A DNA stretch of 64,000 nucleotides, from contig CALKEP010000002.1 of NCBI GenBank assembly GCA_938084645.1, forward strand, positions 32,001 to 96,000, read 5' to 3'. The notes beneath the pieces were generated by a model that worked only from the letters and a program-made list of their open reading frames with translations, had not been told where the DNA came from and did no database searches. Below are positions 39,759-49,156 of this stretch, piece by piece. Position 1 is the stretch's first letter. Every line of letters starts with the position of its first letter. The position numbers were made by a program, and so were the translations under genes. The stretch comes from an uncultured Phycisphaerales bacterium. GTDB taxonomy: Bacteria; Planctomycetota; Phycisphaerae; Phycisphaerales; SM1A02.

Positions 39759-40958
39759 TCAACGAACGAGACGTTCCAGGCGACCCCGGTACCGCGTCAT
39801 CTCCTCGACCGAGATCCACTCGTCGGGGCGATGCGCCACCGAGATGTCGCCGGGGCCCCAGATCACGCTCCGACATCCGAGCGGCACGAGACGACCCGCG
39901 TCCGTTCCGAAGTTGACGCCGCGTCCGTCGACGTCGTCCGAGATCGACCGTACTTCCGCGAGGAACGGACTTGACGGATCGATCGCGTAGGACGGCGTGT
40001 CGTTGGTCGCGGTGATCAGGCATGCGTCCTCCGCGAGCGGCATCTCTCCGGCGGGAACCGGATGCTGAAATCCCTCCCGCACCTCCACCGCCACGCCCGC
40101 CGCCTCGATCGCGGTCGCGAGCCGGGACAGGAACGTCGCCCCGGTCTGCCCGGGGAGGAGTCTCGCCCCGACCCGGAGGGTGCAGCGATCGGGCATCACG
40201 TTGATCGCGGAGCCGGCGTCGATCGTCGCCATGGTCAGCACGGGAAACGGTGTTTCCGCGAAGAGCACGCTCGACGGCGTCCGCTCCCCGACCATCTCTT
40301 CTCGGAGATCACGCAGGGCTTGAAGCACCGGGATGGCACGCTCGACCGCGTTCACCCCCTGATCGGGGAATCCGGTGTGGCAGCCACGCCCTCCCACTTC
40401 GATCGACAGCGACAAGTGTCCCTTGTGCCCCTGCACCGCCCGCTCCGACGTCGGCTCGCCGACGATGGTGCGATGCGGGATCGGTCGTTCCCCCCACTGC
40501 TCGGCGAAACGGCCGGCGCCGACCGTGCCGATCTCCTCGTTGCAGGTCAGCAGCACCGCCAACGGCGCCTCGAGCCCCCCCGCCGCGGCGGCGGCCCGAA
40601 GGACGTTGATCGCGATCGCGTCGAACGCCTTCATGTCGCACGCGCCCCGACCGATCGCCCGGTCGCCTTCGACCCGGAGCGTGAAGGGGTCACCGGTCCA
40701 CTCGGGCTCCGTCGCCGGCACCACGTCGACGTGCCCGCACAGGAGGAGTCCGGCCCCGTCGCCGGTCCCCTCGGGCCCCGTCTCGAACCAGAGATTCTCC
40801 TGACCGTCACCGCAGTCGAATCGCTCGACGCGGATTCCGGGATGCTCGAGGTACTCGCACACGAAATCCCCCAGCGGCCGAGTCGGATTCCGCGTGGCGC
40901 TGGTGGTGTCGAAGGCCACGAGTCGAGCCAGAAGATCGAGATCGGTGAGCGAAGTCAT
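39759..40958 (-). CDS. argE: Acetylornithine deacetylase (M20 family)
   Basis: CGHVDVVP, GRGACDMK, NEEIG, GEPT, FGTDAG, AHRPDE. Confidence 0.85.
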   Translation of the reverse strand: MTSLTDLDLLARLVAFDTTSATRNPTRPLGDFVCEYLEHPGIRVERFDCGDGQENLWFETGPEGTGDGAGLLLCGHVDVVPATEPEWTGDPFTLRVEGDRAIGRGACDMKAFDAIAINVLRAAAAAGGLEAPLAVLLTCNEEIGTVGAGRFAEQWGERPIPHRTIVGEPTSERAVQGHKGHLSLSIEVGGRGCHTGFPDQGVNAVERAIPVLQALRDLREEMVGERTPSSVLFAETPFPVLTMATIDAGSAINVMPDRCTLRVGARLLPGQTGATFLSRLATAIEAAGVAVEVREGFQHPVPAGEMPLAEDACLITATNDTPSYAIDPSSPFLAEVRSISDDVDGRGVNFGTDAGRLVPLGCRSVIWGPGDISVAHRPDEWISVEEMTRYRGRLERLVR

Positions 40959-41007
40959 CGGAGCAGCGTAGCGGCACGCTCGATGGCGTGGCACCCATGG
41001 GGGCGAC

Positions 41008-41661
41008 TCAACGTCGCCGCAGGGTCATGGCGTGGAAAGGACGTCCCTCGCGACGGAACTTCCGTTCGAAATTCGTCCCCACCACTTCACCTTCACCCGC
41101 GGATTCCGGACGCTCGAACGCCTCGCGCTCGAAGCGGTCGGCATGTCGCCCCGCGTGATCCTCGTACCACGACCAGAGGTCGTCGTGATCGGTGACCAGA
41201 CGGAGTTCACCACCCTCGGGGATGATCCGGTGGAATGCCCGCATCGTCGCGTCCTGCATCACTCGTCTCTTGTGGTGACGCGCCTTGGGCCAGGGGTCGC
41301 TGAAATAGAGATGGACGACGGCGCACGACGCGTCGGGAATCCGATGCGTGACGATCTCGCTCGCGTCGTCGTGCAGCATTCGGACGTTCCGAAGGTCACG
41401 GCGGCGGATGCGGTCGGCCGCGTATCGAAAGAACTCGCCCGCCCATTCGATGCCCAGGAAGTTCGTCTCCGGTTGCAGTCCGGCCTGCTGGACGAGGAAC
41501 GTGCCCTTTCCGGAGCCGATCTCGAGTTCGAAGGAACGTTCCGGCGATTCGAACAGCGCTCGCGGATCCCACCGCCCCGTCTCGAAGGGCGGCAGATCAC
41601 TCCGGTCGAGACCGAAACCGCCGAAATCCTGTTCACGACCACGACTCAATCCGAACGACAT
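41008..41661 (-). CDS. trmB: tRNA (guanine-N7)-methyltransferase
   Basis: LEIGSGKG, FSDPWPKARHHKRR, TNFERKF. Confidence 0.95.
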   Translation of the reverse strand: MSFGLSRGREQDFGGFGLDRSDLPPFETGRWDPRALFESPERSFELEIGSGKGTFLVQQAGLQPETNFLGIEWAGEFFRYAADRIRRRDLRNVRMLHDDASEIVTHRIPDASCAVVHLYFSDPWPKARHHKRRVMQDATMRAFHRIIPEGGELRLVTDHDDLWSWYEDHAGRHADRFEREAFERPESAGEGEVVGTNFERKFRREGRPFHAMTLRRR

Positions 41662-43565
41662 CAGGCATCCCCCTCCGGTCCGACGCCGACCGGCCGTCGC
41701 GCCGGCGCTTCGAGGATGAAGTCCGCGATGATCGCCATCGCGGCCTCGTCCATGGTGGTCTTGATCGCCCCGTACTCGTCGGGTCCACCGGTGATGGCCG
41801 GCTGGAGCATGTGGTTCAGGCCCGCGAGGCGAACCACCTCGATCGAGCCGCCGCCGTTTCGAACCGCCTCCTCGATCGCCGGCAGATTGATGTCGGCGGC
41901 GACCTGGGTGTCGAGCGTTCCATTGATCGCGAGCACCGGCACCTCGACCTCCCGCCAGGCCGTCGCTGGATCGAACCGGATGAAGTTGGTCATCCAAGGT
42001 GATGTCATCTGCGCCACGGCGGCCTCTTCGAGCCTCGCCCGGATGTCGTCGGTGAAGGGCTCGGGCTGAAGCTTCTCCTGGGCCGAATGCAGACCCCGAA
42101 TCGCCTCGAGCAGGGCGGTCTCGTCGATCGGTTCCCCGCGAACCACCGTGAGGAGCCGCTTCTGGGCCTGCGAGATCGTCTCGATGACCGCTTCGTCCAC
42201 GGAGGAGGCGCGGTAGATCCGGGGGAGTTGATCCTCGAGCACCCGTCCACCGTCGACGCCGCAGCCCGCGATCGAGACCAGGAACGCCGGCTTCGCCGCC
42301 GAGTCCGTCGACGCCTGTCCCGCGGCCACCAGGGCGACCACCGCCCCGCCTTCGCTGTGGCCCGCGAGTCCGCAGCGGGCTTCATCGACGCCGGCCGTCT
42401 TCCGCAGGAACGCCAGGGCGGTCGCGGCATCGTCGGCGAAGTCGTGCGTGATCGCGCTCGCGAAGTCGCCCGTGCTCGCCCCCACGCCTCGATCGTCGAA
42501 GCGAAGACACGCGATGCCGGCGCTGGTGAGGCGATCCGCGAGGACCAGGAACGGGCGATGCCCGAGCACCGTCTCGTCCCGATCCTGAGGCCCGCTTCCA
42601 GAGACGAGCACCACGCCAGGGACACCACGCTCCCCGGTCTCCCGCGGAATGGTCAGCGTCCCATGCAGTTCGTGCCCCCTGGGCGATGGCATGACGACTT
42701 CGACCACCTCGTAGGGGAATGGCGGCTTCGGCTCCTGTGGTCGGAAATCCGCGACGACCGCGGGCCCTTCGGCGGGTGAGAACGTCACCGGCAGTTCGGT
42801 CGGCCCCTGGGTGAAGGTTCCTTCCCATGACCCGTCGACCGGCGAGATCGCCAGCGAGACCGGCACCGGCATCCCGACTCGGAAGACGATCGATCCCGGT
42901 CGGGACTCGGCGAGCGTGGCGGTCGCCTCGGGGTCCGTGAACATCACGATCCGGTTCACGCCCTGGGCGGGAATGTCCATCTCCGCGGCGATCGCTCCAT
43001 CCACCTCCCCCAGCAGGATGGAGAACGGGAGACGTGCGCCTCCAGGAAGCTGAAGCACCGCGTCGTGTCGCTCGACTTCCGCGATCTGGAGGAGATCGGG
43101 CACCGGCCGCAGGACGAACGCATGGTCGACTCCACCCATCTCCCCGAGGACCTCACCCTTGAAACGGAGGACGCCCGCGATCCCCGCGGACGTCGCGGCG
43201 CGGAGATCCATCTGGCAGGTGACGCCGACCGAGGCGAAGTCGAGCCGGACCACCCCGTCCTCGACCGTCCGACGGTTCGGTGTTCCGGAGAACATCCCCA
43301 GCACCGGAATGCTCGCCGTGATCGACGACGGTTCGGTCGATCCGTCGACCACCAGCTGGATCATCACGGGTCGCGGGAAGGGCTCGACTTGCACCTCGGC
43401 CACCCACCGTCCGTCGGGAAGCGACGAGATCGAACTCGTCTCGGTGATCGGGGGTTCGTCCGCGATCGCGGTGGCGAACCGCGTCGAGGCGATGGCCGAC
43501 GACGGCGTCGAGATCGCGAACGCCGCCGATGCCAGCACGTTGAACACTGCGGTCGGACTCATCAC
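41661..43565 (-). CDS. Exported alpha/beta hydrolase
   Basis: SGSGPQDRDE, FDDRGVG, GHSEG nucleophile, GTLDTQV, LNHML. Confidence 0.9.
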   Translation of the reverse strand: MMSPTAVFNVLASAAFAISTPSSAIASTRFATAIADEPPITETSSISSLPDGRWVAEVQVEPFPRPVMIQLVVDGSTEPSSITASIPVLGMFSGTPNRRTVEDGVVRLDFASVGVTCQMDLRAATSAGIAGVLRFKGEVLGEMGGVDHAFVLRPVPDLLQIAEVERHDAVLQLPGGARLPFSILLGEVDGAIAAEMDIPAQGVNRIVMFTDPEATATLAESRPGSIVFRVGMPVPVSLAISPVDGSWEGTFTQGPTELPVTFSPAEGPAVVADFRPQEPKPPFPYEVVEVVMPSPRGHELHGTLTIPRETGERGVPGVVLVSGSGPQDRDETVLGHRPFLVLADRLTSAGIACLRFDDRGVGASTGDFASAITHDFADDAATALAFLRKTAGVDEARCGLAGHSEGGAVVALVAAGQASTDSAAKPAFLVSIAGCGVDGGRVLEDQLPRIYRASSVDEAVIETISQAQKRLLTVVRGEPIDETALLEAIRGLHSAQEKLQPEPFTDDIRARLEEAAVAQMTSPWMTNFIRFDPATAWREVEVPVLAINGTLDTQVAADINLPAIEEAVRNGGGSIEVVRLAGLNHMLQPAITGGPDEYGAIKTTMDEAAMAIIADFILEAPARRPVGVGPEGDA

Positions 43566-43623
43566 CTGCGGCTCCCGGGGTCTGACGATCGGTCTCGTCC
43601 CGCGGAAGACGGCACCCCGCGGA

Positions 43624-43996
43624 TCAGGCCGAATCGTACCGGATCATCCGATCCACCACGTTTCCGTCACCGATGATCGTCACCTTCGGACGGTGGGCGT
43701 CCATCTCCTCGACGGTCATGTGACAGAACGACATCACGAGCACGTTGTTCCCGGGAGTCGTCACCCGCGTTGCGACGCCGTTGATGCCGATGATGCCCGA
43801 GCCGGGCTCGCCCTTGAACACGCAGGTCTCGAAGCGACTGCCGCTGTCGACGTCGCAGACCAGGACCTTCTCGTCGATGCGACGCCCCGTGGCGTCCAGC
43901 AGGTCGGTGTCGATGGTGATCGAGCCGACGTGGTCCGGATCCGCACTGGGTGACCTTCGCGCCGTGGATCTTGGCGACCAGGACCTCCCGCAGCTG
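43624..43996 (-). pseudogene. panD: Aspartate 1-decarboxylase, frameshifted and degenerate
   Basis: LREVLVAKIHGAKVTQC in one frame, an extra base near 43942, then DPDHVGSITID...RFETC; no ATG at the expected start. Confidence 0.85.
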
Positions 43997-44000
43997 CTCT

Positions 44001-44408
44001 TCAGTCTCCTTCTCTCGACGCGGCGGGGTCTTCGGGCCGTCTCCATTCGACGCTGGCCCCGGACTTCCAGAGCGTCTCGATGTCGTAGTAGAACCGCTGT
44101 TCGGGCTCGAACAGATGAATCACCACGTCGACGAAGTCGGCCACCACCCAGGTGCCGCCCGAGTCACGGTTCGTCCGATACGGGGGTTCACCGCGGTCCT
44201 TGCCGAGATCCTCGAGGGCCTGTGCGACCGACTTCATCTGCCGGCTGCTGGTTCCGCTCGCGACCACGATGTAGTCGGAGACCTGGCTCAGGCCCTGGAC
44301 GTCGAGCACCTTGACGTCCGAGCATTTCATGTCGGAGCAGGTCCGGGCGCACTCGATGGTGAACGCCCGGACCTGCTCCGGATCACTGTTGGATCTGGTC
44401 CGACTCAA
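44001..44408 (-). CDS. rsfS: Ribosome silencing factor
   Basis: DYIVVASGTSSRQM, WVVADFVDVVIHLF...RFYYDIETLW. Confidence 0.95.
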   Translation of the reverse strand: MSRTRSNSDPEQVRAFTIECARTCSDMKCSDVKVLDVQGLSQVSDYIVVASGTSSRQMKSVAQALEDLGKDRGEPPYRTNRDSGGTWVVADFVDVVIHLFEPEQRFYYDIETLWKSGASVEWRRPEDPAASREGD

Positions 44409-44412
44409 GAGG

Positions 44413-46980
44413 TCACAATCCGATGAGGCTCGAGATGGTCGGCCCCACCTTGACGATGAGGGCTGCGAACACCACCGACACCACGCTGACCAGCTTGATC
44501 AGGATGTTGAGGGCGGGACCGGAGGTGTCCTTGAAGGGATCGCCGACGGTGTCGCCGACCACGCCGGCCTTGTGGGCGTCGGAGCCCTTGCCGCCGAACT
44601 TCCCGGTCTCGATGTACTTCTTGGCGTTGTCCCAGGCACCACCGGCGTTCGCCATGAAGATCGCGACCGCGAAACCACAGACGAGCGTACCGGCGAGGAG
44701 GCCCATCACCCCGGCGACGCCGAGGATGAGTCCGACCACGATCGGAACCGCGACCGCCATCAGGGAGGGAACCACCATCTCCTTCTGCGCGCCCGCGGTC
44801 GAGATGTCGACGCAGGACGCGTAGTCGGGATACTCCTTGCCGTCGACGTCGACCCGGTAGGGCCACTTCAGGGGATCCGCGATGTCCTCGTCGGACATGC
44901 CGTCCTTCTTGAACGCCGCCTTCATGATCTTGAACTGGCGTCGACACTCGTCGATCATCGCGAAGGCCGCCCGGCCCACCGCGTTCATGGTCATCGCACA
45001 GAAGACGAACACCAGCATCACGCCGAGGAAGAGACCGGCGAGCACCTTCGGATTCATCAGGGTGACGTTGTAGTACTGGAGCAACTGCGGGATGGTCGCC
45101 GTCTTGGTCGAGACGATCTCGAAGAAGTAGGACGTCTCGCCGTCCTGCATCTCGAAGAGGGAACCGTCGCCGAGGGGCTTGGCGTCGGTGACCTTCCAGC
45201 CGCCGGAAGCGAAGCCATCGAGGATGACCGACCGATCGCGAGCGGCGAGCAGGAGCCCGCCGACCGGGGCCGGCATGTCACCGCCGGGGTTCCCGTCCAT
45301 CGCGAAGACGCCGTGGCCCTCGTACACGAAGGTCTCGGCCTGGACCTGCTCCGGCGTCGCGGAGACGACGCCGAGATTGGTCTTCACGGTGATCACGTAG
45401 GCCGCGAGCAGGGCGAGGGCGGTGAGCGCCGCCGAGCCGATCGCGAAGCCCTTGCCGGTCGCCGCGGTGGTGTTGCCGAGCGAGTCGAGCATGTCGGTCC
45501 GCTCACGGACGTAGGGCTCCTGGTGGGTCATCTCGGCGTTTCCGCCGGCGTTGTCCGCGATCGGCCCGTAGGCGTCGGTCGCGAGCGTGATGCCCAGCGT
45601 CGAGAGCATGCCGACCGCGGCGATGCCGACGCCGAACACACCCATCAGGAAGGTGTCACCACCGCCTGCGGCGACGAAGGAGACGAGGATCGCGACCACC
45701 ACGGTGATCAGCGGAATCCAGGTCGACTTCATGCCTTCGGCGATGCCGGAGATGATCACGGTCGCAGGTCCCATCTGGGCCTGCTCGGCGATCCGCTGCG
45801 TCGGTGCGTGCTCGTAGGAGGTGTACTGCTCGGTGCCCCAGGCGATCACGAGGCCGGACAGCAGGCCGACCACGATCGCGATCCAGAGCCGCCACCAGAT
45901 CACGCCGGCGTCCGCCATCTCGGGACTTCCGAGGGCGAACCAGAGCAGACCGGCGGAGCCGAGCACGATCAGTCCGGAACTCGCCCAGACACCACCATGG
46001 AGACTCTTCAGGAGCTGGGCGAGCGAGGCGCCTTCCTTCGTGCGAACCACGAAGATCGAGAGGATCGACGCGAGAATGCCCAGACCGGCGAGGGCCGGCG
46101 GGACGGTCACGAGCCGAAGGCCGTCGACATCGCCGAGGGAGAGCTGGACGGCGGCCGCGGCGGCGAGGGCCATGGCCGCGAGCACCGAGCCGTAGTAGGA
46201 CTCGTAGAGGTCGGCACCCATGCCGGCGACGTCGCCGACGTTGTCGCCGACGTTGTCCGCGATGGTCGCGGGGTTGCGGGCGTCGTCCTCGGGAATGCCC
46301 GCTTCGACCTTGCCGACGAGGTCGGCACCGACGTCCGCGGCCTTGGTGTAGATGCCGCCACCGACGCGGGCGAACAGGGCCTGCAACGAGGCACCCATCG
46401 CGAAGCTCAGGGTGACGGTGGTGATGTCGACGAGGCCGCCGGCGAAGGAATCGCCCAGGACGACGTAGAAGATGAAGAACCAGAGGGAGATGTCGAGCAG
46501 GGCGAAGCCCGTCACGCAGAGACCCATGACCGCACCGGCACGGAAGGCGACGGTGAGGCCCTGGTTGAGCGATTCCTTCGCGGCCGCGGTGGTCCGGGCC
46601 GAGGCGTTGGTCGCCGTCTTCATCCCGAAGAAGCCGCAGAGACCGGAGAGAAGGCCGGCGACGGCGACGCCACCGACGGTCCAGAAGTCCTGAAGGCCGC
46701 CGGCGGCCATGAGGCCGAGCAGCACGAGCAGGGCGACGAACACGCCCGTCACGATCCGGTTCTGTCGTCCCAGATACGCACCGGCACCGTCTCGGACCGC
46801 CTTCGCGATCCGCACCATCTCCGCGTCACCTTCCGTGTGGCCCATGACGGACTTGTAGAAGAGGAGTGCGGCGATCAGGGCGCAGATCGCGCCGATCGGA
46901 GCAAGGAACCACGCCGGCGCCTCGGCGATGCCGGGCATTTCAGCGAGGAAGAGGGCTTGGGACTGAAGCATCGTGTTCAT
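44413..46980 (-). CDS. hppA: Membrane ion-translocating pyrophosphatase, K+-dependent type (probably Na+-pumping)
   Basis: GGIYTKAADVGADLVGKVE, DNVGDNVGD, DLYESY, GNTTAA, GDTVGDPFKDTSGP. Confidence 0.96.
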   Translation of the reverse strand: MNTMLQSQALFLAEMPGIAEAPAWFLAPIGAICALIAALLFYKSVMGHTEGDAEMVRIAKAVRDGAGAYLGRQNRIVTGVFVALLVLLGLMAAGGLQDFWTVGGVAVAGLLSGLCGFFGMKTATNASARTTAAAKESLNQGLTVAFRAGAVMGLCVTGFALLDISLWFFIFYVVLGDSFAGGLVDITTVTLSFAMGASLQALFARVGGGIYTKAADVGADLVGKVEAGIPEDDARNPATIADNVGDNVGDVAGMGADLYESYYGSVLAAMALAAAAAVQLSLGDVDGLRLVTVPPALAGLGILASILSIFVVRTKEGASLAQLLKSLHGGVWASSGLIVLGSAGLLWFALGSPEMADAGVIWWRLWIAIVVGLLSGLVIAWGTEQYTSYEHAPTQRIAEQAQMGPATVIISGIAEGMKSTWIPLITVVVAILVSFVAAGGGDTFLMGVFGVGIAAVGMLSTLGITLATDAYGPIADNAGGNAEMTHQEPYVRERTDMLDSLGNTTAATGKGFAIGSAALTALALLAAYVITVKTNLGVVSATPEQVQAETFVYEGHGVFAMDGNPGGDMPAPVGGLLLAARDRSVILDGFASGGWKVTDAKPLGDGSLFEMQDGETSYFFEIVSTKTATIPQLLQYYNVTLMNPKVLAGLFLGVMLVFVFCAMTMNAVGRAAFAMIDECRRQFKIMKAAFKKDGMSDEDIADPLKWPYRVDVDGKEYPDYASCVDISTAGAQKEMVVPSLMAVAVPIVVGLILGVAGVMGLLAGTLVCGFAVAIFMANAGGAWDNAKKYIETGKFGGKGSDAHKAGVVGDTVGDPFKDTSGPALNILIKLVSVVSVVFAALIVKVGPTISSLIGL

Positions 46981-47182
46981 CTGGTGGGTGGTCCTTGCGT
47001 GGATACCGGCCGATCGGGCCGGACGTGAACCTGATTGATCTCGAATGGGACGGGAACGGTTTCCCGCCCTCGACCACGACGGCGCCACCACGCGCGACCC
47101 TCAGGGCCGACCCGGTGACTTGGGGGGTACATCGGCGGATCGACGGACCGATCGCCAATCCCGGAGTGTTCATTCTGATGAA

Positions 47183-47380
47183 TCAGCGCGGCGGCATGCC
47201 GACGCGGGCGACCCGAGCGACCCGCTTCCGGGCCTCTCGGCGGTTCCGCTCGGAGGGCTTCTCGAAGTACTGACGCTTCTTCACGTCCTTCGTCAGTCCT
47301 TCCTTCTCGCAGAGCTTCTTGAATCGACGGAGCATCTGCTCCGCACTCTCGCCACCACGGGCCTTGATTCGAATCGCCAT
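47183..47380 (-). CDS. rpsU: 30S ribosomal protein S21
   Basis: MLRRFKKLCEKEGL...YFEKPSE. Confidence 0.95.
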   Translation of the reverse strand: MAIRIKARGGESAEQMLRRFKKLCEKEGLTKDVKKRQYFEKPSERNRREARKRVARVARVGMPPR

Positions 47381-47702
47381 GACCGTCGCTGCTCCAGACC
47401 GCGAAAAGCGGTATTTCTCGGGGAAGCAAAGCATTACAACCAATCCCCGGCCTCCCCGCAAGGGGCAACCCGCCCGGATGCAGGATTGCGTTCGACTTTC
47501 GAGGCCGAGTTCCGACCACCCGCTTGCCGGATTCCCGCTGGAACGGCCCACCTCCTCCCCTAATCGCATGTTCTGCCGGGCTTTAGAGCGCATCTCGGCC
47601 GACCCACGATCCGGCCCGGCCCCTGGCGAAAGCCGCGTCATGAGCCGGGATCGCCTCATCCCGATAGGCTGGACCCCACCGATCCCGCCCCCAAGGAACA
47701 CC

Positions 47703-48467
47703 GTGCCGCTTCTGGTTGATGCGTACAACGTCCTTCATGTCGTCGGCGTCCTTCCGCCCGATCTCGCGGGCATCGACCTCGAAGAACTGGCCATTCTGAT
47801 CACGAACAGCCGTTTTCGAGGGGAAGAGGCGGTCCTGGTCTGCGACGGCGTGAGCAAGCCGCACCAGGTCGACGAAACCGGCCGGGTTCATGTTCGATTC
47901 GCCGGCCCCGGCGTCACGGCCGATGATCTGATTCTTCGCCTCGTCCGCGGATCCTCGGCCCCCCGACGGCTCACCGTCGTGACGAGCGACCGGGAGATCG
48001 TGGTGAACGCCCGCCGTCGTCGAGCCACGGTGATCTCGTCCGAGGCGTTTCTGGAGTTCCTCGCATCGGACCGGCAGCGTCCCGCCTCGGGTGGGGGCAC
48101 GCCGACTTCGACCCCCGCGAGCCAGGCGGCGGACCGAAGGCAGGTCGAACACTGGCTCCGGGTCTTCGGCGTCGACGAGGAACTGCTCGATCTCGGATCG
48201 GGCGCGATCGATGCCGACGCGACCGCCGACCTCCCTGCCCCGAAGAGCCCTGCCCCGCCCAGCGCCAAGCCGGACCCACCCGACCCGCCGATGCCGCGCC
48301 CGGGCGACCATCCCGACTCGCGACCGATCATGAACGCGGAGCATCTCGACGAGATCCGGACCGAAGACGTCCGGTCCCTCGACATGAATCGCCTGCTCGG
48401 CGACGCCGACGAGCCGACGCCGCCCGCGCCGCCGCTGCCCGACGAGACCGATTCGAATCGAGGATGA
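47703..48467 (+). CDS. NYN/YacP-like PIN domain protein with Pro-rich tail
   Basis: LLVDAYNVLH, VCDG, TADDLI, VVTSDREI; AAGGA SD before the GTG. Confidence 0.85.
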   Translation: MPLLVDAYNVLHVVGVLPPDLAGIDLEELAILITNSRFRGEEAVLVCDGVSKPHQVDETGRVHVRFAGPGVTADDLILRLVRGSSAPRRLTVVTSDREIVVNARRRRATVISSEAFLEFLASDRQRPASGGGTPTSTPASQAADRRQVEHWLRVFGVDEELLDLGSGAIDADATADLPAPKSPAPPSAKPDPPDPPMPRPGDHPDSRPIMNAEHLDEIRTEDVRSLDMNRLLGDADEPTPPAPPLPDETDSNRG

Positions 48468-48498
48468 TGCCGCCTCCCCGCCTCGCCCGGAGTCTCCG

Positions 48499-49104
48499 AT
48501 GAAACTCGATTTCGACGCACCCCCCGCCGATCCGTTCGACGTCTTCACCGCCTGGTTCGATCACGCGGTCGAACACGCCGGCACGCCGAATCCCAACGCG
48601 ATGACGGTGGCGACCGCGACGCTCGACGCCCGCCCCACCGCGAGAATCGTCCTGCTCAAGCAGTACGACCACCGCGGCTTCGTCTTCTTCACGAATCGGG
48701 AGAGTCGCAAGGGCCTCGAACTCGCCGCCAACCCGCGAGCGGCGCTGCTCCTCCACTGGGACAACCTCGACCGGCAGGTCCGGATCGAGGGTCCGATCGA
48801 GCAGACGACCGAGGCGGAGAGCGACGCGTACTTCGCCAGTCGCCCGATCGAAAGCCGACTGAACGCCATCGCGAGCGATCAGTCCCGGCCGATCGCGAGT
48901 CGTGACGCGCTCGAGGCCAGGAGGGCTTCCACCGATGCCGTGTACGCGGACGGATCAGACCCGGTCAGGCCGCCGCACTGGGGCGGCTACCGCGTCCGAC
49001 CGGACCGCTTCGAATTCTGGCAGGGCCACCCCTTCCGCTTGCACGATCGCGTGACGTACGTGGTGGACGGTGAGGCGTGGAACACCATGAGGCTCATGCC
49101 CTGA
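48499..49104 (+). CDS. pdxH: Pyridoxamine 5'-phosphate oxidase
   Basis: RIVLLK, FFTNRESRKG, RQVRIEG, FEFWQG...RLHDR. Confidence 0.97.
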   Translation: MKLDFDAPPADPFDVFTAWFDHAVEHAGTPNPNAMTVATATLDARPTARIVLLKQYDHRGFVFFTNRESRKGLELAANPRAALLLHWDNLDRQVRIEGPIEQTTEAESDAYFASRPIESRLNAIASDQSRPIASRDALEARRASTDAVYADGSDPVRPPHWGGYRVRPDRFEFWQGHPFRLHDRVTYVVDGEAWNTMRLMP

Positions 49105-49156
49105 TCGCGAACCGACGCACGCCGGACCGCCGAGTCTCGAATCCCCGCGCGGATGC

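Noticed and set aside
43930..43960. Programmed frameshift rescuing panD
   Set aside because: No slippery sequence at the site, and other lesions (start codon, Tyr58) accompany it
47703..48467. NYN/PIN gene as a toxin-antitoxin or defence module
   Set aside because: No adjacent antitoxin or defence genes; it resembles housekeeping YacP-like nucleases
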